Position numbers and translations under genes: made by a program
Part shown: one piece after another, positions 52,401-60,557 of the stretch
How the letters are laid out: every line of letters begins with the position of its first letter
Position numbering within the stretch: position 1 is the stretch's first letter
The notes under the pieces: model-generated
Seen by the model: only the letters and a program-made list of their open reading frames with translations
Told to the model about the DNA's origin: nothing
Databases searched by the model: none
Origin: Bacillota bacterium
GTDB taxonomy: Bacteria; Bacillota; SHA-98; UBA4971
Assembly (NCBI GenBank): GCA_012689375.1
Contig: JAAZLO010000028.1
Location: 25,665 to 89,664, forward strand
Direction: 5' to 3'
Length of the DNA stretch: 64,000 nucleotides

Positions 52401-54508
52401 CAACTGCATTGGGGGCACTGGAATATCTTACATCTTACCCGTATGGGTGTGTTGAACAAACAATGAATTCATTTCTTCCTAATATTATTGTATCTGGGAC
52501 CCTTGGGGAACTTGGCATTGAAATACCGGAAATTACGAAAGATCTTCCGAAAATGGTTGAGGCGGGCCTTGCCCGAATATACAGGTATCAGCATTATGAA
52601 GGCGGTTGGGGTTGGTGGGAATTTGATAAGCCTAATTCAAGGATGACAGCCTATGCAGTATATGGCCTTGAACTTGCAAAAAGAGCAGGTTTTAATGTTG
52701 ATGAAGAAGTGTTTATGCGAGGCAGAAGGGCCTTAGGGAATTTCCTTGATACCCCGCGGAATGTTGATGATCTCATATATAATTTATTTGTTATGTCTGA
52801 AACCGGGGAAAAAGCTTTGCCTCGTCTTGATGAGATGATTCTGAGAAAAAGGGAGGCCTCTAATTATTCCCTTGCCCTTCTTGCTTTAACTCTGAAAAAC
52901 ATAGGCAGACAGGATGATGCAGCACTATTATGCAAGGATCTGCTCAGGCTTTCCCGGAGTGACGGGATCAGTACCTACTGGGAATCTTCTGTCAACGAAT
53001 GGTACTGGGCTGATAATCGTGTTGAAACAACTGCATACGCACTTTTAGCTATGCTTTCTATAGATCCCGGTAACCCCAGGGCTTCTCAGGTTGTGCGGTG
53101 GTTATCAGGGGAGCGTTTGGGTATAGCCTGGAATTCCACAAAGGACACAGCCATTGCTGTTATGGCTTTAACTGAATATATGAAGGTCCATGGGGATTTA
53201 GGATCGAATGTATCCGCTGCGATAGAACTTAACGGGAGGCGGGTTAAGGGGATAAAGTTCACCCAAAAGAATTTATGGGATAAAGAACAGATAATCAAAA
53301 TAGATCCGAGCCAGTTAGTGAAAGGGAAAAATGAACTTATTATTGAGAAAACAGGGGAAGGAAGGCTCTATTATTCCGTTGCAAGTAAATACTATACACC
53401 CTCTGAAATTATTATGCCTGAAGAAGGCGGCCTTAGGGTAAGGCGGGGTTATTATTACAAAACACAGGATGACAGTGTTTATGAGCCTGTCACAGGCCCT
53501 GTGAAACCAGGGGATGAGATAATAGTCAGGATTACTATAAAAACGGAGAGTCCCCAAACGTATATTATGATTGAGGATCCTGTCCCGTCAGGATTTGAGG
53601 TAGTGGATACGTCTTATGATATTTACAGTTGGGATTTTTGGTACGGCCGTAAGGAAATCCATGATACGAAAGTAGCCGTTTTCAGTGCTTATCTTGAAGA
53701 AGGTGAGAATGAAATAATATATTCCATCAGGGCGGAGCGGCCGGGTGAATATAAAATAATGCCTACAAAAGCTTGGGGAATGTATGCGCCTGATATTTAC
53801 GGCAGCTCGGAAAGTTCAGAAATAGTATGCCAAGTACCGGTATTGGCTGCATTTTCCACCACTGTTAAAGAATCTGAATTAAACCGGAATCATAATATAG
53901 CCCTTGCTTCTTCTGTAGTTAATGGATCTGTTATTCAGCCCGGAGAGATATTTTCCCTTGACAAGGCTCTCGGACCAAGATCGGAATCCAATGGTTATAA
54001 AAATGCCCGTATTCTTTCAGGGGGGAAAAGCTTGCCCGGGACGGCAGGGGGGATCTGTCAAGTATCCACAACGCTGTACAATGTTGCTTTAAGAGCAGGC
54101 TTGGAAATAATTGAACGCCACCCTCATTCACAGCCTATAGACTATGTATCTCCTGGGCTTGATGCTACAATCAGTGATGAAGCCGGGCTTGATTTACAAT
54201 TTAAAAACCGGTTAGATGTACCTCTCATCATTAATATGCATATAGAGGGTGCAAGGCTTATTGCCGAAATAAAAGGGAAAGTTTCTAAGCCTCAAAACGT
54301 ATACATTACAACTGAAATCCTAAACGTGGAGAGGCCTCGCCTTTTGGGGGACAGTTCCGATGATTTTAAGGTCTCAGGCGGGAGAAATGGAATTCGGGTT
54401 GCCGTATGGCGAACTATGGATACCTGTGGTACAATTCAACGGGAGCTTATATCGGAGGATTATTACAAACCTATCCATGCGTTGGCATGGGGTATGAGAC
54501 AATATTAA
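49472..54508 (+). CDS. Bacterial alpha-2-macroglobulin-family protein (thioester-type) with a C-terminal VanW-like domain
   Basis: 1678 aa with an N-terminal signal anchor. The thioester region YPYGCVEQTMNSFLPNII (compare human A2M, PYGCGEQNMVLFAPNIY) is embedded in MG-domain-like beta-rich repeats. The last ~200 aa carry VanW-type blocks: PGEIFSLD, GGICQVSTTLYNVAL, ERHPHS and GLDATISDEAGLDLQFKN. Confidence 0.7.
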   Translation: MKTEFCRKTFLTGIIIALLIGIAFTVKSFPVNGKSIKNYMYMHVDDRVLSFSENALLYVRGKGLTRIDFRIWKFNPNLYYRSHGSLSLCLERMPENAKLIQEFSEYPRLKKAGEEFSVNIKIHPEGPGGYLIKARDNEGREVCEWFLVTELGLITKQSQDKLLVYACAFDKGEPQTGVDITVYDGSMEVIGKGITDGNGFYILNAKDIPEGGISIVGTKGDPGTESFAEVKSWNYWENAGYNVYIYTDRPIYRPGQKVSWKGILRESTGGGFKVLGGEEISVEIRDPKDACIYKIEAETNNYGSFTGDVILGDEPSLGTYRVLVKVRGSVHYGRFKVAEYRKPEYEIKVNTDKQVYIAGDDISCKIEAAYYFGKPVPDGKVKYAVYSQTYYRPFRSTEDLGYFSITDDDYGYYGELVDSGEGVTSGDGTMGFTIKTGRTERTKRLFIETTVTDESHREVTGRASIILARGLFDLTAQPTEYIVSPGGSAEIHVKGVTLEEKPYSVEFTWQSMRITWDGNKSIRWKEQSGVATTGIDGKGVFEFTPEEEGSYVVEVSATDARGNHIVEEAYIWVASSTGRQWNYGGTEIEIVSDKDVYELGDTAKILVNTTLDDTWAIITVEGRDLLFYEALKPTGCMRLFEIPITEEFCPNCFFTVTLVRGKQFYSREKTIYVSMKDKFLDVSIIPDKEIYSPGEKGSYTIKIRDHKGRPVQAELSLGVVDASIYAVQKELAPDIRKAFYGSVWNMTVTNYSFPQWYFGGADKEGDASEIRKDFPDTALWEPIILTDKKGTARINFQMPDSLTTWKATVRAHTRETQVGFATNDVITTKDFICRLSTPRFFTLGDTAYVSTIIHNYTENRVNAEVKLRAEGITLCDKDKRTVVLSAGEQVSLDWKVICDKAGIAKFTVLAKAGRAQDALELSVPVIPFGRSIREFKSGEIGDSPGNNDKAHIEFNIPEDVLDNTTDVEVRLAPSVAATALGALEYLTSYPYGCVEQTMNSFLPNIIVSGTLGELGIEIPEITKDLPKMVEAGLARIYRYQHYEGGWGWWEFDKPNSRMTAYAVYGLELAKRAGFNVDEEVFMRGRRALGNFLDTPRNVDDLIYNLFVMSETGEKALPRLDEMILRKREASNYSLALLALTLKNIGRQDDAALLCKDLLRLSRSDGISTYWESSVNEWYWADNRVETTAYALLAMLSIDPGNPRASQVVRWLSGERLGIAWNSTKDTAIAVMALTEYMKVHGDLGSNVSAAIELNGRRVKGIKFTQKNLWDKEQIIKIDPSQLVKGKNELIIEKTGEGRLYYSVASKYYTPSEIIMPEEGGLRVRRGYYYKTQDDSVYEPVTGPVKPGDEIIVRITIKTESPQTYIMIEDPVPSGFEVVDTSYDIYSWDFWYGRKEIHDTKVAVFSAYLEEGENEIIYSIRAERPGEYKIMPTKAWGMYAPDIYGSSESSEIVCQVPVLAAFSTTVKESELNRNHNIALASSVVNGSVIQPGEIFSLDKALGPRSESNGYKNARILSGGKSLPGTAGGICQVSTTLYNVALRAGLEIIERHPHSQPIDYVSPGLDATISDEAGLDLQFKNRLDVPLIINMHIEGARLIAEIKGKVSKPQNVYITTEILNVERPRLLGDSSDDFKVSGGRNGIRVAVWRTMDTCGTIQRELISEDYYKPIHALAWGMRQY

Positions 54509-54718
54509 CGCCGGAATCGGTTTTCTGTAATAAATCTTAGTATTAAATGGCTGCAACTGATTTTTCGGATTGTCTTTACCAAGCCTCCACTGCATGTTAG
54601 CATATTAAAGCCTATTACTTTTGTTAGGGGCCTACTAAAACACTTCCCCTTGTGAAGGGAATTTGGCATATAAAAGGCATAATGTTTGCAGCGATATTTA
54701 TTCTTTTGGGGGGAAATT

Positions 54719-56086
54719 GTGACAGGTATTATTGCGGCTTTTACAAAACGTAAATCTGATCCTGGTTTAGACAGAGAAATATTAAAACTTGCTTGGCCTG
54801 CTATAACTGAAATGGTGCTCCATACCTTTATTTGGGTGGTAGACACTACCATGGTAGGGCGTTTAGGGGCGGAAGCCCTTAGTGCCGTAGGCCTCTCAGG
54901 GAGTGTTTACTGGAATGCTGTGTGGGTATTTTCCGCTGTTTCTATAGGTGCTATGGCTATTGTCGCCCGCTTTATCGGAGCTGAGGATGTACGTGGTGCA
55001 GCCCACTCTGCCGGACAAGCCCTTATTATCTCGATTATGTTGGGGGTTGCCTTTACAGTAGGGACACATTTCTCGGCACCTCTTATATTTCGGATTGGTG
55101 GGTTTGAAAAAAATGTAACCATCATGGGTATTGATTACCTTCGTATAGTCGGGGCAGGATCTGTATTACTTGTTCTGACAAAAGTTGGGACGGGGATTCT
55201 AAGGGGTGCAGGCGACACCCGCACACCGATGTTTATAGCTATTTGTGGGAACACAATAAATGCATTAGGCGATTATGTTCTTATTTTCGGCTTGATGGGA
55301 TTTCCTAGATTGGGAGTAAAAGGGGCAGCCATTGCCACACTTGTAGCCAATGTGATTGCAGGTATTCTTACTATTATTGCCCTGTTTTCTAAAAAATCAA
55401 AGCTTCCTATCAGTGTCCGTGATCTTCTCAGAATTGATATCCCCGTTATGAAGACCCTTGCAAATCTCAGTGCCCCGTCAGCCATGGAAGAGGTGCTGAT
55501 GAGTACGGCCAGGATATTGTCATCGTTTATGGTAACATCTTTAGGGACAGTGGCCTTTGCAGCCCATCAGGTAACTATGGCTGCAGAATCCCTTTCTTTT
55601 ATGCCTGGATCAGGGATTGCAACTGCGGCGGGGGTCCTTGTAGGGCAAAACCTTGGTGCAAAGGAACCCTCCCGTGCCAGAGCAGTTGTGTACCGTTCAA
55701 TTAGGTACGCCGTTATTGTAATGGGTGGTTGTGCCCTTATCTTTTTTGCTATACCAAAGATTGTCGTATCATTCTTTACAGGCGACCCCGAGGTTATGCT
55801 TTTGGCCTCGACTTGTTTACAAATAGCCGGACTAGAACAAATATTCATCGGAGTAGCTGATACCTTTCGGGGCTCATTGAGAGGTGCGGGTGATACAAGA
55901 TCTGCCTTAAGGATAACTGCTGTCGGGGCATGGCTCATACGCCTCCCTGTTGTTGCAGTTATCATATATGTTTTTCATCTTCCCCTTCCCGCGGTATGGC
56001 TGGGAATTTGCTTGGAATGGGTAGTTCGGGCATGGTTAGGCTCGAGGTACTTCGCTTGTGATAATTGGGAACATATTAAAGTCTGA
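54719..56086 (+). CDS. MATE-family efflux transporter
   Basis: 12 transmembrane segments with duplicated MATE halves (LRGAGDTRTPM... and LRGAGDTRSAL...). GTG start 5 nt after GGGGGG. The tracker start is upstream. Confidence 0.8.
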   Translation: MTGIIAAFTKRKSDPGLDREILKLAWPAITEMVLHTFIWVVDTTMVGRLGAEALSAVGLSGSVYWNAVWVFSAVSIGAMAIVARFIGAEDVRGAAHSAGQALIISIMLGVAFTVGTHFSAPLIFRIGGFEKNVTIMGIDYLRIVGAGSVLLVLTKVGTGILRGAGDTRTPMFIAICGNTINALGDYVLIFGLMGFPRLGVKGAAIATLVANVIAGILTIIALFSKKSKLPISVRDLLRIDIPVMKTLANLSAPSAMEEVLMSTARILSSFMVTSLGTVAFAAHQVTMAAESLSFMPGSGIATAAGVLVGQNLGAKEPSRARAVVYRSIRYAVIVMGGCALIFFAIPKIVVSFFTGDPEVMLLASTCLQIAGLEQIFIGVADTFRGSLRGAGDTRSALRITAVGAWLIRLPVVAVIIYVFHLPLPAVWLGICLEWVVRAWLGSRYFACDNWEHIKV

Positions 56087-56277
56087 TAAACATGTTACGG
56101 GATTATCCTTCAATTTGCGGCAAATTTTCGGGAGAGGAAGGGAAAATTATCCGTGATAGGGAAATCTAAACCTAGTACAACAGTTCCTGATATCAATAAC
56201 CTTACAAGAACTTCTATGATGATTTGTTCGTTTGTTGAGAATTTCATTAGAGGTTTTATTTATTAGGGGGAATCCTT

Positions 56278-58788
56278 GTGAAGCCAGATTTATCGTTACC
56301 GGAACCTGAGTTATCACCGAATGCCATAACTGTGTTGGAGAGCCGTTATTTAAGCAGGGATGAGTCAGGGAACGTTATAGAGACCCCCAAAGAGATGATG
56401 TGGAGAGTTGCAAAGAATATTGCACTTATGGATGCATTATATATCCTTGCGGAAAATAAGATAAAGCCGGCAAACCCCCGGGAATTGCCTGGTTTAGAAG
56501 AATTCTCTATACCTGTACCGGAATTCTCCCAGTGGGATTGGGATGCACTCAATCAAGGGTTCCGGGATTTGGCATCCGAAAGCCTTGTAGATGTAACATG
56601 GGAGGATATAAAAGCAGCGGTGGATAAAAACATGTCATTGCTTGCTCAAACGGCGGTAACGTTTTACTTGCTTATGGCAGAATGTAAGTTTCTTCCGAAC
56701 TCGCCCGCATTAAGTAATGCCGGAAGGGAGCTCCAACAGCTTTCTGCATGTTTTGTTCTGCCGATTGAAGATTCTATGATAAGTATATTCGAAACTTTAA
56801 GGAACGCAGCCTTGATTCATAAATCCGGGGGAGGAACAGGTTTTTCCTTCAGTGAACTGCGTCCGAAGAATGATGTAGTAAGAACAACAGGGGGAGTTGC
56901 ATCAGGCCCGATATCCTTTATGAAGGTGTTTAATGCAGCCACGGAAGCAATAAAACAGGGCGGGGTCAGACGTGGTGCAAATATGGGGATATTACGTGTG
57001 GATCACCCGGACATTCTTGAGTTTATCACTGTAAAGAATGATATAAATGAATTAACAAATTTTAATATATCTGTGGCAGTTACTGAAGCCTTCATAGAAG
57101 CCCTACAATCAGACAGTGAATATGAACTTATAAATCCCAGGAATAAGGAAGTCAGCGGAACTCTCCGGGCAAGGGATGTCTTTGATCTGATAGTACAATC
57201 TGCATGGAAAACAGGAGAGCCGGGTATTGTTTTCATTGATCGGCTTAATCAATTTAATCCTACCCCTAATGTAGGCATGTATGAAGCAACAAATCCCTGT
57301 GGCGAGCAAATGTTACTACCGTATGAGGCATGTAATTTAGGTTCTATTAATGTGGGTAAATTTGTAACTGAAGTAGATGGTTCCGCAATGGTTAACTGGG
57401 AGAGTTTAAGAGAAACGGTTCATGTGGCCATCCATTTTTTAGACAATATGATTGATGCAGGCATGTACCCGCTAGAAGAAATCTCAAGAATGCATAAGGG
57501 TAATCGTAAAATTGGCCTTGGTATAATGGGGTGGGCTGATCTTCTTATGCAACTTGGGATTGCGTATGATTCTGATGCCGCAGTGGATCTTGCCGAAGAT
57601 TTAATGGGGTTTATCCATGCAGAAAGTAGAGCTGCATCTGAAGAGCTTGCTGAGATTAGGGGGGTATTTCCTAATTGGAAAGGGAGTAGGCGGGAAGCAG
57701 AAAATCTTAGAATAAGGAATGCCACAACCACAACTATTGCCCCTACAGGTACTATTAGTATTATAGCAGGTGCGTCCTCAGGAATAGAGCCTATCTTCAG
57801 CCTTGCTTTTACCAGGCATGTGCTGGATGGGACTTCTCTTCGCGAAGTCAACCCTGTATTTGAGCGTTTATCAAAAGAAATGGGGTTCTACTCAGAGGAT
57901 TTCATGGACGAAGTCGCCCAAAAAGGTGTTTTAACGGATATTGACGGTATACCTGAGGAAATTAAAAAGGTGTTTGTTACAGCCCATGAAATAGAACCTG
58001 AATGGCATATTCGGATGCAAGCCGCATTTCAGAAGTACACTGACAATGCAGTATCCAAAACTGTAAACTTCCCTAAAGGCGCAACTCCGGATGATGTTGA
58101 GAATGTGTTTAGGCTTGCGTACGATCTGGGTTGTAAAGGCGTAACAGTCTATCGGGATGGCAGCCGGGGGGAACAGGTCCTTACTGTGGGTACGGAAGCA
58201 CCCCACATGGCAGATGATGTGCCCGGGGATGCCTATTCCCAAATGGCACCGACTGGTATTCACCACTGTATAAACGGTGTTTGGGGTAGGCTCCGCCCGG
58301 TGGACAGGCCGGCACGGTTGGATGGATTTACTGATGTCAGAGCTACCCCCTTAGGCAAGTTGTTTGTCACCCTGAATACAATCGAGGGCCACCCTATAGA
58401 ATTGTTTGCGCAGATAGGTAAGGCGGGCAGTGATATAAGTGCATTTACTGAGGCTATAGCAAGGCTAATATCGATCTCCCTTCGGTCAGGTATTGATCCC
58501 CATGAGATTGCAGCTCAACTCACGGGAATCGGCGGATACAGGAGTATTGGGTTTGGTCCCGGCAGAGTCAGATCTGTACCTGATGCCATCGGGCAATTCC
58601 TTGCCAGATACCTTAATGCATGGGAGGAGAAAACTGGCTCTGAATATATACAGGAAGGTGACGGATCTCTGGGGCAGGATACTGACTCTGCACAATTGTT
58701 CAGCTTATGTCCGTCATGTGGAACTTGGAATGTGATTCATGTTGAGGGGTGTCTCAAATGTATGGCTTGTGGGTACACCGAATGTTAA
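56278..58788 (+). CDS. nrdJ: Class II adenosylcobalamin-dependent ribonucleoside-triphosphate/diphosphate reductase
   Basis: 836 aa. The N-terminus ITVLESRYL..DE.G...E.P.EM..RVA is present, with conserved active-site Cys regions. C-terminal zinc ribbon CPSCG...CLKCMACG. GTG start with an AGGGGGAA ribosome binding site. Confidence 0.85.
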   Translation: MKPDLSLPEPELSPNAITVLESRYLSRDESGNVIETPKEMMWRVAKNIALMDALYILAENKIKPANPRELPGLEEFSIPVPEFSQWDWDALNQGFRDLASESLVDVTWEDIKAAVDKNMSLLAQTAVTFYLLMAECKFLPNSPALSNAGRELQQLSACFVLPIEDSMISIFETLRNAALIHKSGGGTGFSFSELRPKNDVVRTTGGVASGPISFMKVFNAATEAIKQGGVRRGANMGILRVDHPDILEFITVKNDINELTNFNISVAVTEAFIEALQSDSEYELINPRNKEVSGTLRARDVFDLIVQSAWKTGEPGIVFIDRLNQFNPTPNVGMYEATNPCGEQMLLPYEACNLGSINVGKFVTEVDGSAMVNWESLRETVHVAIHFLDNMIDAGMYPLEEISRMHKGNRKIGLGIMGWADLLMQLGIAYDSDAAVDLAEDLMGFIHAESRAASEELAEIRGVFPNWKGSRREAENLRIRNATTTTIAPTGTISIIAGASSGIEPIFSLAFTRHVLDGTSLREVNPVFERLSKEMGFYSEDFMDEVAQKGVLTDIDGIPEEIKKVFVTAHEIEPEWHIRMQAAFQKYTDNAVSKTVNFPKGATPDDVENVFRLAYDLGCKGVTVYRDGSRGEQVLTVGTEAPHMADDVPGDAYSQMAPTGIHHCINGVWGRLRPVDRPARLDGFTDVRATPLGKLFVTLNTIEGHPIELFAQIGKAGSDISAFTEAIARLISISLRSGIDPHEIAAQLTGIGGYRSIGFGPGRVRSVPDAIGQFLARYLNAWEEKTGSEYIQEGDGSLGQDTDSAQLFSLCPSCGTWNVIHVEGCLKCMACGYTEC

Positions 58789-58841
58789 TCTGATCTCCCC
58801 TCCATGCCGGTTTAGAAAAATTAAACAATAGAAAAGGATTA

Positions 58842-59732
58842 TCAGGGGTAGGCAAAGTCCATTTGTACAGTGTCTATTTTACCGTTATCAGCTACCTGAA
58901 AGACTACAGGGATTGAAGGTAAAATCCTCTTTTCAGTATTTACGGAAATTTCTGCAAGGTATATACCTTCTTTAAGAACTGGGGCATTAATATACCCGGT
59001 TATATTTCGTTTATACCCCGGCAAGCATATTGCCGGATCTAGTTGTGTATCGGAGATCACTTGCCCCAGGTGGGATTTGATAGTCGCAGTTCCGGAAAGA
59101 TTTGCGTGGATATTCCCCCGATTTTCACAGGTTGCGGAAATTTTTACGGATTTGCTCTGAGGATCCTGAAAGATTGCGACGGATGTGATGTTTGCCTGCT
59201 CGGAGATGTCCCCTTGGTTTTGGTCAGATATAACAGTAATTAAAGTAATCACTCCTATTTGGGAGCTCGTGTGGAATTCTCTCTCTGTTTTTTCATCCAA
59301 TGGTTGCCCGCGGAAAAATATGATAGGATAGATGCCCCCTGGGGCAGCCCCGTTTATCCGGGCTATGACTTTGACAGATTCTGATTCTCCCGGCATAAGC
59401 TTAAATTCGGCAGGTTCTGGAGTTAGGAAGGCTTTATCGGTTTGGGTGTTGTTTGATGAATCTGAAATAATAGGGATCCCGTTTATGTCATGACCTCCTT
59501 CACTTATGAAGCCTCTTATTTTTAAAGGGACAGGGCCTGTATTGGATACAGTTATCGGTCCGATTAAACCTTCGTCGTTCACTTCAGTCACAATATAGGT
59601 GGGGCTTATATTCATTGATACGTCTATTTTTGATGCAGCACATATTGTAAGGTGGTGGGGATAAGAAAACACCGTCAGGCTTGTGAGTACTGTCATTATT
59701 GTAACTACGGCAAACATTAATTTCCGATACAT
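58842..59732 (-). CDS. Hypothetical secreted protein with two beta-sandwich-like repeats
   Basis: ATG start with a GGAGGCGG ribosome binding site. Signal peptide. It has repeated patterns of the type F.L.PGES..V.V, in PEPAEFKLMPGESESVKV and again in its second domain. There is no membrane anchor. It begins 25 nt downstream of the preceding gene, so it is probably co-transcribed. Confidence 0.4.
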   Translation of the reverse strand: MYRKLMFAVVTIMTVLTSLTVFSYPHHLTICAASKIDVSMNISPTYIVTEVNDEGLIGPITVSNTGPVPLKIRGFISEGGHDINGIPIISDSSNNTQTDKAFLTPEPAEFKLMPGESESVKVIARINGAAPGGIYPIIFFRGQPLDEKTEREFHTSSQIGVITLITVISDQNQGDISEQANITSVAIFQDPQSKSVKISATCENRGNIHANLSGTATIKSHLGQVISDTQLDPAICLPGYKRNITGYINAPVLKEGIYLAEISVNTEKRILPSIPVVFQVADNGKIDTVQMDFAYP

Positions 59733-59757
59733 ATAAACCGCCTCCGATTTAATTTGA

Positions 59758-60321
59758 TTAATAGGTTTGTATGGCTGTAAGCGTCACTTCAATTTTGTAA
59801 TTGTTCCCCGGGCTTAAGATTGGAGAATCACCGTAGGAAATATATTGCCTGAATCTTATACCTATAGCTGTCCCGTCCTCATCCGTAGGTTGACCTCCCT
59901 CTATTACTAACTCTTCGTTTCCTGTTATTCGATTAAATATACTTTCTGAATCAAGTTGCCATTCCAGCGGGGAAGAGAGGATTCTGTCTGCATATTCTGT
60001 CCCGGTCCATTCTTGCATACGCCCATCCGGTGAATCGCTTTGAATTTTCAGTGCCCATTCTGTATTAGACCAGACTTTCATATACTGTAAATCAGACAGC
60101 ACGTAGGATCCGGATCTTTTAAAATCAGGAGCGATACTACCCAGCTCCAGCTCTGTAGGAAATGAAATTCCAATAGCCGGCAGTATATTACAGGTTATAG
60201 CCATAGTGGATGTGTTATTGTTTGCCGCACAAATACCCTGGCTTAGAAGAAGGGTAAATACAATCAGGAATACCCAGGGGGTTCTTATAGATCCTAAAAA
60301 CTTCAAAACATATAACTTCAT
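59758..60321 (-). CDS. Hypothetical secreted protein (first gene of a two-gene operon)
   Basis: ATG start with an AAGGAGT ribosome binding site. The signal peptide MKLYVLKFLGSIRTPWVFLIVFTLLLSQGICA is followed by an N/T-rich segment. Two W-x-L motifs (TEWALKI, LEWQLD). The mature protein is about 155 aa. Confidence 0.4.
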   Translation of the reverse strand: MKLYVLKFLGSIRTPWVFLIVFTLLLSQGICAANNNTSTMAITCNILPAIGISFPTELELGSIAPDFKRSGSYVLSDLQYMKVWSNTEWALKIQSDSPDGRMQEWTGTEYADRILSSPLEWQLDSESIFNRITGNEELVIEGGQPTDEDGTAIGIRFRQYISYGDSPILSPGNNYKIEVTLTAIQTY

Positions 60322-60557
60322 TGATCACTCGACTCCTTAAATTAATAATTTCTCACCCGACAATGTTTATGGTTTTATCTGTAACTTATGGATTATACTT
60401 CAAATACCTTCCTGCTTATGGGTGACATTGGGGTGTGAAATTTTAATTTTCATGTTCTGTTTAGCCATGTATAAGTCATAAGACGAAAACCGGCGACATA
60501 GGGTAGTTTTAAGCTGATGAGCAGGGGATGTCCTACCATTGAAGTGCAGGTGATCTT

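Noticed and set aside
56087-56277. Cobalamin riboswitch or NrdR box upstream of nrdJ
   Set aside because: No B12-box (GCCACUG-like) is present, and no paired 16-bp NrdR-box palindromes are recognisable by eye. The leader looks like a plain promoter and ribosome binding site region.
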